Below are positions 1-62,000 of a stretch of 62,000 nucleotides of DNA, piece after piece (position 1 is the first letter of the stretch; every line of letters begins with the position of its first letter). Source of the DNA: Diadema setosum (lineage: Eukaryota); contig NC_092686.1 in assembly GCF_964275005.1 (NCBI RefSeq), forward strand, positions 12,400,001 to 12,462,000, given 5' to 3'. The notes under the pieces are model-generated. The model saw only the letters and a program-made list of their open reading frames with translations, did not search any database and was not told where the DNA came from. A program made the position numbers and the translations under genes.

Positions 1-61685
<61,685 letters not shown>

Positions 61686-62000
61686 CTGCAAAAATGGAAA
61701 AAAAAAAAGTTTACAGGGGAGTGTCAACATTTTGATTAAACCAGTGAAAACAACAGCTTGATATCGTCGGTTGAGAATGATAAGGGCGTTAAGTTGCCAC
61801 TGAACCCATAGTGTTCAAGACCACTTAACGCCCTTCTCATTCTCAACAGACGATATAGTGTAGGTCTGATATGCCAGATTTCTATCCTTTTATCAGTGTT
61901 CTGATATCTTTACTACCAACTATCTCCAGTGGAAGCCCATGTCACCCAATGATGATATAGTGTGTGTATACCATAAAACCAAAAACATTTGTGGTGTGAA

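Overview
AT-rich, repeat-dense eukaryotic DNA. It is probably an invertebrate deuterostome such as an echinoderm, but the taxon is an inference. The backbone is a partial minus-strand LRRK2-like Roco gene, from the end of ROC through COR into the kinase domain. I reconstructed it by hand from GT-AG, phase-consistent exons. One ~1 kb kinase-domain intron has grown to ~41 kb through insertion of a single ~39.9 kb Kolobok-type DNA transposon (2247-42190; TTAA target-site duplication, 19-bp imperfect TIRs). The element carries two convergent, apparently intact spliced genes. One is an 18-exon DDE transposase (~755 aa, minus strand) with an RHH-like N-terminus and eight symmetric phase-2 micro-exons. 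The other is a 4-exon KolX/P2X7-C-terminal-like protein (~351 aa, plus strand) with 21 xSKx (mostly GSKx) tetrapeptide repeats. The host gene has a pair of duplicated 101-nt COR exons that look mutually exclusive. Many nested MITEs, Helentron-type elements, an Academ-like element, a SINE and microsatellites are also present. Exon models are manual and lack transcript support, and family assignments come from motif recognition rather than database searches.
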